Below, one piece after another: positions 24,831 to 35,255 of a DNA stretch of 64,000 nucleotides. The stretch is from Chloroflexota bacterium (GTDB lineage: Bacteria; Chloroflexota; Limnocylindria; Limnocylindrales; CSP1-4). Both the position numbers and the translations under genes were made by a program. The notes under the pieces were generated by a model, which was not told the DNA's origin, ran no database searches, and saw only the letters and a list, made by a program, of their open reading frames with translations. How positions within the stretch are numbered: the stretch's first letter is position 1; the number at the start of each line of letters is the position of its first letter. The DNA is taken from positions 2,889-66,888 of the forward strand of contig JADGQK010000001.1 of assembly GCA_017881915.1 (NCBI GenBank). Reading direction: 5' to 3'.

Positions 24831-27725
24831 CTAGCCCTCAGGGACCTCCAGCTCGCCGGGATCGGCGAAGGCCATCGCCTCACCCCGGCCGCGCGCCGCG
24901 GTCATCGCCTCGCGGTAGACCCCGACCGCGTCGTCGACGCACATCACCACGAGGTCGCCCGGCGTCGCCCGGCGCAAGGCCAGGCGGACCGCGGTCATCT
25001 CGTCGAGGACCTCCTCGACCTTGGTCGTGCGGCCCGTGCCGTCGCCCTGGGCGGCCCTGGTTCCCTCGCTGATATGACCGGCCGACTCGCCGGCGGTCCG
25101 CCCGCGCAGGTTCTTGTCCTCGCGGATGATCAGCTCGTCGAACGAGGTTGCCGCGATCGCGCCATAGTCGCGCTGGTCCTGGTCGGGTCGATCGCCCGGG
25201 ATCCCGATCACGCCGATCGCCCGGCCGCGGCGGACCGGCGGTACCGTGGCCAGCTTCGACCGGGGCACGCGGCCGAGGCTGACGTCGGGCTCGGTGATCA
25301 TCCGCTCGACGAAATCGGCCAGCTGGCGCATTCCGTCGACGTTGTGGCAGTAATCGATCACGACCTGCACCCCGCCGAACTCGAGCAGGTTGAGCCGGCC
25401 GGGAGCCTGGAAGAACGAGGTCGAGAACGTCCGCAGACCCTGCCGGATATCGTGCAGATGGGCGCCCGCGGCCCACGCGGCGGCGGCTGCGGCGAGGGCG
25501 TTGGCCACGTTCATCCGGGCCTTGCCCCCGAACGTTGCCGGGATCAGGTGGGTGTACAGGACCGGCATCGTCCGGCCGGCCAGGCGTAGGACGACGAGCT
25601 CGCCCTCGGGCGTCTCGTCGATGCTGAACGCGGCGCCGCCCCGGCCGACGTGGCCATCGACCCGGTCATAGCCCTCCTCGCCCTTCGTCGTCTGCATCGA
25701 GAAGTAGACGACCCGGCCGGCCGAATGGCGGCCCATCCTGGCGACGAGCGGATCGTCGGCGTTGAGCACGACCGAGCCCGAGCGGGGCACGGCATCGACG
25801 ATGACGGCCTTGACGTTGGCCAGCTGGCCCAGTGAGGTGATCCCGCCCAGGCCCAGGTGGTCGCCGGTGACGTTGGTCACGACAGCCACGTCGTTGCGGT
25901 CGTAGCCCAGCCCTTCGCGCAGGATTCCGCCGCGCGCCACTTCGAAGACCGCGGTGTCGACGTTCGGATTCTGAAGGACCATCTGGGCCGACTTCGGACC
26001 CGACATGTCGCCTTTCTTGATCATCCGGCCATCGATCACGATTCCGTCGGTCGAGGTCATCCCCACCCGGCGGCCCATCAGCTTGAGGATGTGGGCGATC
26101 ATCCGGACGGTCGTCGTCTTGCCGTTCGTGCCGGTCACGGCGACGATCGGGATGCGCGCCGGGGTGCCCGCCGGAAAGAGCCCGTCGATCACCGGCCGGG
26201 CGACATACTGCGGCTCGCCCTCGCTGGGATTCGTGTGCATCCGGAAGCCCGGAGCGGCATTGACCTCGACGATCGCGCCGCCTGTCTCGCGCACCGGCGT
26301 GGCAATGTCGGGACAGACGAAGTCGATGCCCGCGACATCGAGACCAACGACCCGCGCCGCCGTCTCGGCGATCTCCACGTTGTCCGGGTGGGCCTCGATC
26401 GTCCGGTCGATCGAGGTGCCGCCGGTCGACATGTTGCCGGTCAGGGCCAGCTTGACCCGGCTGCCGGCCGGTGGGACCGCGTCGAGCTCGAAGCCCTGGG
26501 CCCGGACCAGGGCGACCGCATCCTCGTCGACCCGGATCCTGGTGAGGACCTTCTCATGGCCGATCCCCCGGCGCGGATCGGCGTTGGCCGCCTCGACCAG
26601 CGCGCTGATCGTTGACTGCCCGTCGCCAACGACCGACGCGGGCACCCGCTCGGCGATCGCGGCGACCCTGCCGCCAATGACCAGGCAGCGATAGTCGAGG
26701 CCCGTGACGTATGTCTCGACGACAAGGTCGCCCGAATGGCTCTCGCGACGGGCGCCCTCGAATGCTGCCCGGACCGCCGCCTCGTCGCGCAGGTCCAGGT
26801 GGACGCCCCGGCCGTGGTTCCCGTCGAGCGGTTTGACCACGCAGGGATAGCCGAGCCGGATTGCCGCGGCGACGGTGGCCTCCTCGCTATCGACGAGCTC
26901 GGAGCGCGGCACCGGCAGGCCGGCCGAGTCGAGAAGCTTGTTGGTCAGGCTCTTGTCCGAGGCGATGTCAACGGCGATCGCCGACGTCCGCGAGGTCATC
27001 GTTGCCCGGATCCGCTGCTGATGGACCCCCTGCCCGAGCTGGACGAGCGAGTGGCGGTCGAGCCGGATGTACGGGATGTCGCGGCTGACCGCCTCGTCGA
27101 TCAGGGCCTGGGTCGATGGCCCGAAGGCGGCTCGCTCGGCCAGCCGGATGAGGCCTTCGAGCTCGGCCAGCATGTCGAAACCGGCGCTGGCCGGTGGGTC
27201 CACGAGGTGGTTCACGAGGGCCACGGCAATCCGGCCAGCCTCGATCCCGACCGACTCCTCGCGGTACTCGTAGATCACGTTGTAGCGGCCGTAACCACCG
27301 GCTGAGCGGGTCTTGCCGTGACGGACATCGGTCCCGGCCAGGTTCTGAAGCTCGAGGGCGACGTGCTCGGCGACGTGGCCGGTCCACGTGCCGTCACGCA
27401 GGCGGGTGACGAAGCCGCCCCGCCGGCCGAGCGAGCAAGCGTGATCCTCCAGGCTGGGCAGGACCCCGATCAAGGCATCCACGAAGCCGGGGATCTTGTT
27501 ACTGGGAAACTCCTCGAGCCCGCCCAGGTCGACGAGCATCCGGACGACGGGCTCGCGAGCCCAGTAGTTCGGCCCGCGCATGATCCGCGTCTCGACGATC
27601 GTCAGGCTTGGTTCGGGCCGCGCGCCGGACGCACCCCGACCCTTCGACGACTTCGGTCGGGGCGACGATGCGGTCTCGGCCACGGGAACTCCTCCGACGG
27701 AATGGTTCATTCGACTTCCGCCCAT
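24831..27725 (-). CDS. cphA: Cyanophycin synthetase (N domain + ATP-grasp G domain + Mur-ligase-like M domain)
   Basis: All three domains are present: N (IVETRIMRGPNYWAREPV), ATP-grasp (YPCVVKPLDGNHGRGV, EVNAAPG) and M (IVAVTGTNGKTTTVRMIAHIL, NVTGDHLGLGG). The start is uncertain: the ATG at 27725 or 27710 lies after the cphB stop, while the track start at 27767 would overlap cphB by 23 nt. Confidence 0.93.
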   Translation of the reverse strand: MGGSRMNHSVGGVPVAETASSPRPKSSKGRGASGARPEPSLTIVETRIMRGPNYWAREPVVRMLVDLGGLEEFPSNKIPGFVDALIGVLPSLEDHACSLGRRGGFVTRLRDGTWTGHVAEHVALELQNLAGTDVRHGKTRSAGGYGRYNVIYEYREESVGIEAGRIAVALVNHLVDPPASAGFDMLAELEGLIRLAERAAFGPSTQALIDEAVSRDIPYIRLDRHSLVQLGQGVHQQRIRATMTSRTSAIAVDIASDKSLTNKLLDSAGLPVPRSELVDSEEATVAAAIRLGYPCVVKPLDGNHGRGVHLDLRDEAAVRAAFEGARRESHSGDLVVETYVTGLDYRCLVIGGRVAAIAERVPASVVGDGQSTISALVEAANADPRRGIGHEKVLTRIRVDEDAVALVRAQGFELDAVPPAGSRVKLALTGNMSTGGTSIDRTIEAHPDNVEIAETAARVVGLDVAGIDFVCPDIATPVRETGGAIVEVNAAPGFRMHTNPSEGEPQYVARPVIDGLFPAGTPARIPIVAVTGTNGKTTTVRMIAHILKLMGRRVGMTSTDGIVIDGRMIKKGDMSGPKSAQMVLQNPNVDTAVFEVARGGILREGLGYDRNDVAVVTNVTGDHLGLGGITSLGQLANVKAVIVDAVPRSGSVVLNADDPLVARMGRHSAGRVVYFSMQTTKGEEGYDRVDGHVGRGGAAFSIDETPEGELVVLRLAGRTMPVLYTHLIPATFGGKARMNVANALAAAAAAWAAGAHLHDIRQGLRTFSTSFFQAPGRLNLLEFGGVQVVIDYCHNVDGMRQLADFVERMITEPDVSLGRVPRSKLATVPPVRRGRAIGVIGIPGDRPDQDQRDYGAIAATSFDELIIREDKNLRGRTAGESAGHISEGTRAAQGDGTGRTTKVEEVLDEMTAVRLALRRATPGDLVVMCVDDAVGVYREAMTAARGRGEAMAFADPGELEVPEG

Positions 27726-27744
27726 CCGGCACGGCGTCGCGCGG

Positions 27745-28629
27745 TCAACTCGAGGCAGCCTCCCCACCGGCGAGCGCCCGGAGCTGGGGCGTCGCGATCC
27801 GGCGGCGACGGCGAAGGTCGAAGTGGTAGCCGGCCGGCAGCGAATGGAGCACGACGCCGCTGATCATCAGCGGCCGATGGCCGCCGATCTCCCAGGCATC
27901 CGTCTCGGAGTTCGCGCCATCGATGATCGTGATGCTGCCGCGCCCGATCACTTCCATGACGTGGTCGGGGCCGACGATTCCCGCGGTGTCCTCGTCGATG
28001 CCCAGGCCCAGCAGACTCGGGTTCTGGGCGATCAGGCTGAGCAACCGACCGAGCCGGTTCCGCTGCTGGAAGTGCTGGTCGATGATCACCCCGGGCAGGA
28101 CGCCCAGGCCGGCGGCGATCTGGGCCATCCGCAGCTTGGGCGTCGCGCCGGACGCCCCGAACGCGATCATGTGGCTGCTCATCGCGGACGCCCCGGCCGA
28201 GGTGCCGGCGATCACCGCGCCGTGCTGGAACCGCTCGAAGATCTCGTCGGCCAGGCGAGTTCCGCCCAGGGTCGAGCTCAAGCGGAGCTGATTGCCACCG
28301 GTCAGGAAGATCCCGGTCGCATCGCGCAGCGTCCTCGCAGTGGGCTCGTCGTTGGCCTGCTGGCGGGTCGCCGCGTGGATCGGGCGGACGGATCGGACAC
28401 CCAGCTGCCCGAACACGGCGCGGTAACGCTCACCCGCCTCGAGGCCCATCGACGAGGCCGTGCTGATCACGGCCACGACGGCCTGCGGCCCGCCGGCGAG
28501 CGTGACGAAGCGGCTGAGGATGACCCGATCCCGGACCTTGTCCTCGGCGCCCCCGATGACGATGACGGTACCTTCGGGCACGAATTCCACCCGCCTCCAG
28601 AACGTTCCCGAGAGGATACAGGAGTGCAT
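27745..28629 (-). CDS. cphB: Cyanophycinase (S51 peptidase)
   Basis: The sequence contains VIVIGGAEDK, IFLTGGNQLRL and GAVIAGTSAGASAM (nucleophile Ser). I trimmed the ORF to the ATG at 28629. Confidence 0.9.
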   Translation of the reverse strand: MHSCILSGTFWRRVEFVPEGTVIVIGGAEDKVRDRVILSRFVTLAGGPQAVVAVISTASSMGLEAGERYRAVFGQLGVRSVRPIHAATRQQANDEPTARTLRDATGIFLTGGNQLRLSSTLGGTRLADEIFERFQHGAVIAGTSAGASAMSSHMIAFGASGATPKLRMAQIAAGLGVLPGVIIDQHFQQRNRLGRLLSLIAQNPSLLGLGIDEDTAGIVGPDHVMEVIGRGSITIIDGANSETDAWEIGGHRPLMISGVVLHSLPAGYHFDLRRRRRIATPQLRALAGGEAASS

Positions 28630-28678
28630 CGGGCCGGCGTCTTCTGGGGTCGTAGCCGGCCATGCGAGAATTCGCCCG

Positions 28679-29632
28679 ATGAGCGCCGCTCGATCTCGTC
28701 GCGTCCCGCGGCCGTCGTCGGCGATGGACCGCCGGCTCCGGGTTGTCCGGCATGCCTTCCGGGGCGAGCTCGAGCGACTGCACAATCCCCGCCGAATCGT
28801 CGCAATCGTCGTCCTGGTGGTCGTGTTCGGGGCGATCGGCGCCGGGCTGCTGGCCCGCGGTGAAGAGGCCGGCGCCGACGCCCGGGCCTACTGGGGCGCG
28901 GTCAGGATCTGGCTCAACGGTGGTGACCCATACCACCCCAGCGGGCCGTTCCTGCCCTATGTCTACGCGCCCTGGATGCTGCCCTTCTTCACGCCCTGGG
29001 CGCTCCTGCCCTGGGACGTCGCCTGGTTCGTCTGGCGGGGCGGAATCCTGATCGCCTGGCTGGCCTCGATCCACTGGGCCTACGAACGTCGTCCATTGGC
29101 CACGGCCTTCGCCGTCCTCGTCCTGTCGTTCCCGATCGCGGCCAACCTCGACACGGGCAACGTCACCCTCGTCCTGGCCCTCGGGCTGTGGGTCGCCCAG
29201 TTCTCCGATGCCCGCGTGGCCGGCGCGATCTGGGCGATCGCGACGTGGATGAAATGGGTCCCGGCTCCGTTCTGGCTCGTGCTCGCGCCGCGAGCCCGGA
29301 CCTGGGGCCTGGGCTGGCTGGCCCTGGCCGGGGCGCTCAGTCTGTTGACCCTGCCGCTGACGATCATCCAGCTCCAGGCCCTCTTTGGCTTCGGGCCGCG
29401 GCCGCCCCGATTCGACTACCTGGTCCTCCTGTGGGCCAGCGTGCCCTGGTTGTGGCGCCACCCGGCCGCCCTCAACCGCCTCGACCCGCGGACATGGCCG
29501 ACAAACCTAGGTGCGCTGCGGATCCGGTTGGGCGCCTGGCGCCGGCACTGGGCGAACGATCCGGGCGGGGCACGCCGGCAGGTGCGGGTCGAGATCCGGG
29601 CGTTCCTGGGACTCGAGAACCGGGCCGGGTGA
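28679..29632 (+). CDS. Polytopic membrane protein, DUF2029 / GT87-like (GT-C glycosyltransferase-like)
   Basis: A TM segment is followed by ADARAYWGAVRIWLNGGDPY...YVYAPW and then multiple hydrophobic segments. The family assignment is from memory and moderately confident. An alternative start is the ATG at 28724. Confidence 0.6.
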   Translation: MSAARSRRVPRPSSAMDRRLRVVRHAFRGELERLHNPRRIVAIVVLVVVFGAIGAGLLARGEEAGADARAYWGAVRIWLNGGDPYHPSGPFLPYVYAPWMLPFFTPWALLPWDVAWFVWRGGILIAWLASIHWAYERRPLATAFAVLVLSFPIAANLDTGNVTLVLALGLWVAQFSDARVAGAIWAIATWMKWVPAPFWLVLAPRARTWGLGWLALAGALSLLTLPLTIIQLQALFGFGPRPPRFDYLVLLWASVPWLWRHPAALNRLDPRTWPTNLGALRIRLGAWRRHWANDPGGARRQVRVEIRAFLGLENRAG

Positions 29633-30322
29633 TCAGGCCAGGGCGGCGGTCGAGCCGAGCGCCACAAGGCGTCGGTTGGTCCCCCCCGGGGCGACATAAC
29701 GGAAGAACGAGCGATCAATCGAGTAGATCCCGGTCGAGGCGATCGCGAACTCACCCATCCGGAAGCTGAACACGGGATTCTCGCGGTTGCCGGCGTAGTG
29801 GTAGGCCCGGCCGTCGGCGGCCAGGACGGCCAGGTTGGCCTGGCCGCCGAACGTTGCATGGAGGGTCCCGAGCAGGTTGTCGACCGGCTCGTTGAGCCGC
29901 CAGGCATCCTCGAGCCAGCGCTCGCCGACCTCGGAGTCGGCCCGACCGTGGATCCGGCCAGCAGCCTGGAATGCCCGACGCTGGTCGCGGAATTCGCGCA
30001 AGTCGCCGTTGTGGCTGAAGGCGAACCGGCCGGCCGGGTCGTCGAATGGCTGAGTGTCGGCCAGGTTCAGCGTTGACAGCCGCGACGGCCGGCGGAGATG
30101 GACGAGCAGGCTGGTCGTCTCGATCTGGCCGATCGCCTCCCTGCCCGGGTCATCGCGGAACGCGTGCACGTCGCGATAGCTGGCCAGGCGGCCGGCGCCG
30201 GCGACCCAGGCGGCGCCCCAGCCAAACCCGGCGATCCCATACCGCTCGAGCCCCTCCACGAACGGATAGAGCTGATCGATCCGGAACGGACGCCCCGAGC
30301 GGGCGACGAAATGCTCACACAT
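29633..30322 (-). CDS. Class II (Ntn-type) glutamine amidotransferase-like protein
   Basis: The sequence begins MCEHFVARSG, so Cys2 would be the N-terminal nucleophile after Met removal. It also contains LVHLRRPS...TQPF and FSHNGDL. The track ORF (to 31195) is an artefactual extension that overlaps lhr. Confidence 0.85.
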   Translation of the reverse strand: MCEHFVARSGRPFRIDQLYPFVEGLERYGIAGFGWGAAWVAGAGRLASYRDVHAFRDDPGREAIGQIETTSLLVHLRRPSRLSTLNLADTQPFDDPAGRFAFSHNGDLREFRDQRRAFQAAGRIHGRADSEVGERWLEDAWRLNEPVDNLLGTLHATFGGQANLAVLAADGRAYHYAGNRENPVFSFRMGEFAIASTGIYSIDRSFFRYVAPGGTNRRLVALGSTAALA

Positions 30323-30390
30323 CAGGGCTGATGATAGGGCTGGCGAGCGCCCGAACCCCGGCTCGCGTCGGCCCACAGCTGGTCCACGTC

Positions 30391-33300
30391 TCAGTGCGAG
30401 CGGAGGACCAACCCGCGGTAGCCCGCCTGGAAACCCGCCTCGAGGAGCACCGGCCGCCACGGCGAGTCGACGATCGAGCGGCCATCGACCTTTGTGATCA
30501 CGAGCTCGCGCACGCGCCGGTCGGCGACGAGGACGCCCAGGGCGCGCAGGGCCGCGAGGCCCACGGAGCCCTCGTCCGCGGCCGGGAACGACTGGAGTGA
30601 GCGGCCACCGCGTTCGAGGTAGAAGGCGGCCCGGCCGTCGACGAGCGCCACGTAGGCGCCGGCCGCGCGCTGGAATGGGCGCCGATCGTCGTCGGAGCGG
30701 CGCGGCCACGCGAGCGCGGCGCCATAGGCGTTGGCCGGATCGGCCGCGGCAAGCAGGTGGACCCGGCCGGGCGCCGGACCGTCGCCGGTTGCGCGGATCG
30801 AGCGCAGGCGTTCGAGCGCCCCGGCCAAGGCGAATTGTGCCGCGCCAAGACCGGCCACGAAGTAGCCTCGCCGGATGCGGCCCGCCTCCTCGAGCGCCCG
30901 CAGGACGGGATAGACGCCCGAGAAGCCGCCCGCGATGCCCTCGCTCGCGACCGCCTCGCGGGTCAGCACCCCGTGGCGGTCCAGCAGGGCCAGGGCAACG
31001 GCATGGAGCCGCTCGGTCGGAGTCATCTCGCCGACGGGCTCGACGAGCGACCAGCGCCCGGCGGCTTCCGGCGGGCCAAGGCTCGTCAGCCGGCCGAGTC
31101 GGCGGCGCGGCTCGCGGCCGGGCCGGTTCCAGCGCAATGCCCGGAGCGGGGCGAACGTGTCGTTGGTAACTTCGCCGGCCCAGACCAGGTCCCACAGGGC
31201 ATCGAGGACAGCGCGGTCCGGTCCGCCGCCCGCGGCGGCGTGGATCGGCCGGTAGAACGACGCACCTCGCCGGGCGAGGAACTCGCGGATTGCCAGATGA
31301 CGTGGGCCGGCCGGCCGAATCTCGTCGTTCGCCCCGCCGGCCGGCTGGATCAGCGCCTCCCGGAGCGCCTCTCGGCCGGGCCGGACGAGAGCGATCCTGC
31401 CGTCATCCCGGCCGAGGCTGCCTCGCCCGACCCAGATCACCTCGCCCAGGGCGCCCAGCTCATCGAGCAGGCGTGGCTGGTAGCCGGGCACTCGCGCTGG
31501 CAGGACGTCCCGTTCGAGCACCGACGCCGGGATCGGCAGGCCGGCGAGCTGGTCGATCACCTCGGCCAGGCGTTCGAGGGCGGCCGAGCCGCGCGGCGGC
31601 GCTGGCCCGAAGCCCGGCTCGTCACCGAGGCTGGGGATCGCTGCAACGCCCTGCCAGTCGGGCAGGAATCGACCGAAGGCCGCCGGTTCGACCGGTTCGA
31701 CCTCTCGGCGCAGCCGGGCGAGCGATCGCCGCCGAAGCTGGCGGAGCACCTCCGGATCACACCACTCTCGCTCGGCTCCGCCCGGCCGGAACTCGCCCCG
31801 GAGGAGGGTTCCTGCCGCCATCAGGCGGAGCAGCGCGTCCTCGATCAGGCCGACTGGCAGGCCCCAGCGGGCGGCGGGCTCCACGGACAGGAACGGCCCG
31901 TGGGTCCTCGCCCAGCGGCCGAGCAGGCCGTCGAGGGCGGCAACGGTCGGCTCGAGGAATGCCTGGGGCACCCCCGACGGCGGCTGGACGCCAAGGGCAT
32001 CGCGGTAGCGGGCCACGTCCTCGATCGCGATCCAGCGCGAACCGCTCGGCTCACCGGTGATCCGGACAGCCACCGACCGCCGGCTCGCGACGAGCTCGGC
32101 CAGCCATGGCCCGGCCGCTTCGGTGCCACCCACGATTCGCGCTCCAACCTCGAGCTCGGTCAGGTCGCCGATCCGGCGCAGGAGATCGTGGAGCTGGTCT
32201 GCCGTCGTCGCGGCCCGCTCGTCGCTGAGGGCCTGGAGCTGGAGCTCGAGGTCGGCCAGGGCACCGCCATCCAGCAGCTCGCGCAACTCCTCCTGGCCGA
32301 GCAGCTCGCGGAGCAGGTCGCGGTCGAGGGTGAGCGCCTGGGCTCGTCGCTCGGCGAGCGGCGTGTCGCCCTCGTACATGTAGGCAGCGACGTAGTCGAA
32401 CAGGAGTGAGCTGGCGAAGGGCGACGCCCGAGCCGTTTCGACCCGGTGGACAGCCAGCTCGCGCCCAGCCACCGCCGCCAGGATCCCTTTGAGGGCCGGC
32501 AGGTCGAAGACGTCCGACAGGCACTCCCGATACGTCTCGACCAGGATCGGAAAGCTGCCATAGCGGCTGGCGACCGCCAGCAGATCGGCCGAGCGCTGGC
32601 GTTGCTGCCACAGCGGCGTGCGCGTTCCCGGCCGGCGGCGGGGCAGGAGCAGGGCACGGGCGGCGTTCTCCCGGAAATGCGCCGCGAACATGGCCGAATT
32701 GGCGAGCTGGCCGACGACCAGGTCCTCGATCTCCGCTGGGTCGGGGAACAGGAGGTCCTCGATCCCCTGATCCAGGGCTCCGCCGGCCAACAGTCCGTCG
32801 GTCCCGCCCAGCTCGCCTTCGGGCAGCCGGATCGCGATCCCATCGTCCGACCAGATCGTCTGGACGGCTGTGCCGAGACGCTCGCCGAGTCGGGCCTCGA
32901 GCGCCAGCGACCAGGGCGCATGGACGCGACCGCCGAACGGCGTCAGCAGGCACAGGCGCCAGTCGCCGAGCTCGTCGCGGAAGCGCTCGACCACGATCCG
33001 CTGGTCGGTCGGCAGGGCGCCGGTCACGGCCAGCTCATCCTCGAGGTAGGCGATGAGGTTTTCGGCGGCCAGGGGATCGAGGTCGTTCCGGGCGGCCAGG
33101 CGCACCAGCGCCGCCGTTCGGCCGGCGGCTCCCCGACCGAGGTCGCCCTCGAGTTCACGGACGAGGCCGCCAAGTGCCTGGCCAAGCTCGATTGGCCGGC
33201 CGACGGCGTCGCCGTGCCAGAACGGCAGCTTGCCCGGCACGCCGGGCGCGGGCTCGACCACGACGCGATCGTGGCTGATCTCGATCACCCGCCACGAGCT

Positions 33301-35097
33301 CGCCCCGAGGACCACGACATCGCCATGCATCCCCGCCCGCAGCTCGTAGACCATCTCCTCGTCGAGCTCGCCGACGCGCCGGCCGGGCGTACCCGGATCG
33401 CCGGCGATGAAGACTCCGAAGAGCCCTCGGTCGGGGATCGTCCCGCCCGACGTGACGGCCACGACCCGGGCGTCGCGCCGGCCCTCGACCACCCCGGTCA
33501 CCCGATCCCACACGATCCGGGCCCTGAGCTCCGCGAACTCAGCCGAGGGGTAGGCCCCCGCGAGCATCGCGAGGACCCCCTCGAGCGCCTCGCGTGACAG
33601 CGTTTCGTACGGAGACGCCCGGCCCACGGTCTCGGCCAGCTGGCCGACCGTCCAGCGATCCATCACGGTCATCGCCACGATCTGCTGGGCGAGCACGTCG
33701 AGCGGGTTGCGCGGGACGAGCGTTTCCTCGATCGCTCCGGCATGCATCCGCTCGGCCACGACCGCAGCCTCGAGCAGGTCGCCGCGGTATTTCGGGAAGA
33801 TCACCCCCCGCGATGGGGCGTCGACCTGATGGCCGGCCCGGCCGATCCGCTGCAGGCCGCGCGCGACCGAGGTGGGCGATTCGACCTGGATGACGAGGTC
33901 GACCGCGCCCATGTCGATCCCCAGTTCAAGGCTCGACGTGGCCACGATCGCCGGCAGGCGGCCGGACTTGAGGTCGTCTTCGATCGCCAGGCGCTGCTCG
34001 CGAGCGATCGAACCATGGTGGGCCCGGACCAGCTCCTCGCCGGCCAGCTCGTTGAGCCGCTGGGCGAGACGCTCCGCGAGGCGCCGACTGTTGCAGAACA
34101 CGATCGTGCTCCGATGCGCCCGGATCAGCTCGAGGATCCGGGGATGGATCGAAGGCCAGATGCTGAACCGCGGGTCGGAACCGGTGACCGGTCCAGCGGG
34201 ACGCTCTTCCAGCGGGATCTGCTCGCCGAGCCGGCTCATGTCCTCGACCGGCACGACCACCGACAGCTCGAGCGGCTTGCGCGAGCCGGCATCGACCACG
34301 CTGACCTCGCGACCCGGCCCGACGCCTCCCAGGAAGCGGGCAATCGTGTCGAGCGGTCGCTGCGTCGCCGACAGTCCGATCCGCTGCGGCGGCCGCGCGG
34401 TCAGCCGATCGAGCCGCTCGAGGCTGAGGGCGAGATGGGCGCCGCGCTTGGAGCCGGCGATCGCGTGAACCTCATCGATGATCACGTGCTCGACCCCGGT
34501 CAACGCCTCCCGCGCGGCACTCGTCAGCAGGAGATACAGCGATTCCGGGGTGGTGATCAGGATGTCCGGCGGGCGCCGGGCGATCGCGCGGCGCTCCTCG
34601 GCCGAGGTGTCGCCGGTTCGCAGCCCGACCGAGATGAGCGGGGCGGGGTCGCCCCGCCGGCCGGCCGCCAGCGCGATCCCGGCGAGCGGTGCCCGGAGGT
34701 TGCGCTCGATGTCGTAGGACAAGGCCTTGAGCGGTGAGACGTACAGGATCCGGACGAGGCCGGGCCGTTCGCGGGTCGGCGCCGGGCTCGGCTGGCGGAC
34801 CAGCCGGTCGAGGCACCACAGGAAGGCCGCCAGGGTCTTGCCGCTGCCGGTTGGCGCGTGAATCAACGTATGCCGGCCGGCGGCGATGGCCGCCCAGCCC
34901 CCGACCTGCGCGGCGGTCGGCTGCGCGAACGACCCCAGGAACCAGTCGCGAACGGCCGGGCTGAACGCCGCAAGCGGCTCGGCCGCGGGCTGGCTGTGGG
35001 TCGGCGGAGTGCGTCTGGCAGCCACGGGACGAGGAGTATAGGACGGCGGGGCAGAACCGAACAGATGAGCGAAAACGAACCGCCCCGGCCGGATCAT
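30391..35097 (-). CDS. lhr: Lhr-family large ATP-dependent DNA helicase (long form with C-terminal extension)
   Basis: The sequence contains HAPTGSGKTLAAFL (motif I), IIDEVHAIAGSKRGAHLALSLERL (motif II), FCNSRRLAERL and ELGIDMGAVDLVIQ. The length is about 1570-1598 aa, and the start (35097 vs 35187) is uncertain. Confidence 0.92.
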   Translation of the reverse strand: MIRPGRFVFAHLFGSAPPSYTPRPVAARRTPPTHSQPAAEPLAAFSPAVRDWFLGSFAQPTAAQVGGWAAIAAGRHTLIHAPTGSGKTLAAFLWCLDRLVRQPSPAPTRERPGLVRILYVSPLKALSYDIERNLRAPLAGIALAAGRRGDPAPLISVGLRTGDTSAEERRAIARRPPDILITTPESLYLLLTSAAREALTGVEHVIIDEVHAIAGSKRGAHLALSLERLDRLTARPPQRIGLSATQRPLDTIARFLGGVGPGREVSVVDAGSRKPLELSVVVPVEDMSRLGEQIPLEERPAGPVTGSDPRFSIWPSIHPRILELIRAHRSTIVFCNSRRLAERLAQRLNELAGEELVRAHHGSIAREQRLAIEDDLKSGRLPAIVATSSLELGIDMGAVDLVIQVESPTSVARGLQRIGRAGHQVDAPSRGVIFPKYRGDLLEAAVVAERMHAGAIEETLVPRNPLDVLAQQIVAMTVMDRWTVGQLAETVGRASPYETLSREALEGVLAMLAGAYPSAEFAELRARIVWDRVTGVVEGRRDARVVAVTSGGTIPDRGLFGVFIAGDPGTPGRRVGELDEEMVYELRAGMHGDVVVLGASSWRVIEISHDRVVVEPAPGVPGKLPFWHGDAVGRPIELGQALGGLVRELEGDLGRGAAGRTAALVRLAARNDLDPLAAENLIAYLEDELAVTGALPTDQRIVVERFRDELGDWRLCLLTPFGGRVHAPWSLALEARLGERLGTAVQTIWSDDGIAIRLPEGELGGTDGLLAGGALDQGIEDLLFPDPAEIEDLVVGQLANSAMFAAHFRENAARALLLPRRRPGTRTPLWQQRQRSADLLAVASRYGSFPILVETYRECLSDVFDLPALKGILAAVAGRELAVHRVETARASPFASSLLFDYVAAYMYEGDTPLAERRAQALTLDRDLLRELLGQEELRELLDGGALADLELQLQALSDERAATTADQLHDLLRRIGDLTELEVGARIVGGTEAAGPWLAELVASRRSVAVRITGEPSGSRWIAIEDVARYRDALGVQPPSGVPQAFLEPTVAALDGLLGRWARTHGPFLSVEPAARWGLPVGLIEDALLRLMAAGTLLRGEFRPGGAEREWCDPEVLRQLRRRSLARLRREVEPVEPAAFGRFLPDWQGVAAIPSLGDEPGFGPAPPRGSAALERLAEVIDQLAGLPIPASVLERDVLPARVPGYQPRLLDELGALGEVIWVGRGSLGRDDGRIALVRPGREALREALIQPAGGANDEIRPAGPRHLAIREFLARRGASFYRPIHAAAGGGPDRAVLDALWDLVWAGEVTNDTFAPLRALRWNRPGREPRRRLGRLTSLGPPEAAGRWSLVEPVGEMTPTERLHAVALALLDRHGVLTREAVASEGIAGGFSGVYPVLRALEEAGRIRRGYFVAGLGAAQFALAGALERLRSIRATGDGPAPGRVHLLAAADPANAYGAALAWPRRSDDDRRPFQRAAGAYVALVDGRAAFYLERGGRSLQSFPAADEGSVGLAALRALGVLVADRRVRELVITKVDGRSIVDSPWRPVLLEAGFQAGYRGLVLRSH

Positions 35098-35255
35098 GAC
35101 GGACCCGCGAGGCGACCTTGGGCACGGAAGGTCGTGACCTTCGGCCCTCGGGGCTATGCGGCCGGTAGGTGATGGTGCAGGATACAAGGAGGGCGATGCC
35201 CGGGGTTGTTTCCCGTGATCGCCCGCCCGAGCATAGATCGAGAGAGGGATACGTC

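Noticed and set aside
29627-29638. A TGATCA palindrome formed by the abutting stop codons of convergent genes. A similar CTAG overlap of stops occurs at 39172-39175.
   Set aside because: The arrangement is real, but it is most simply explained by genome compaction. There is no evidence of a regulatory role.
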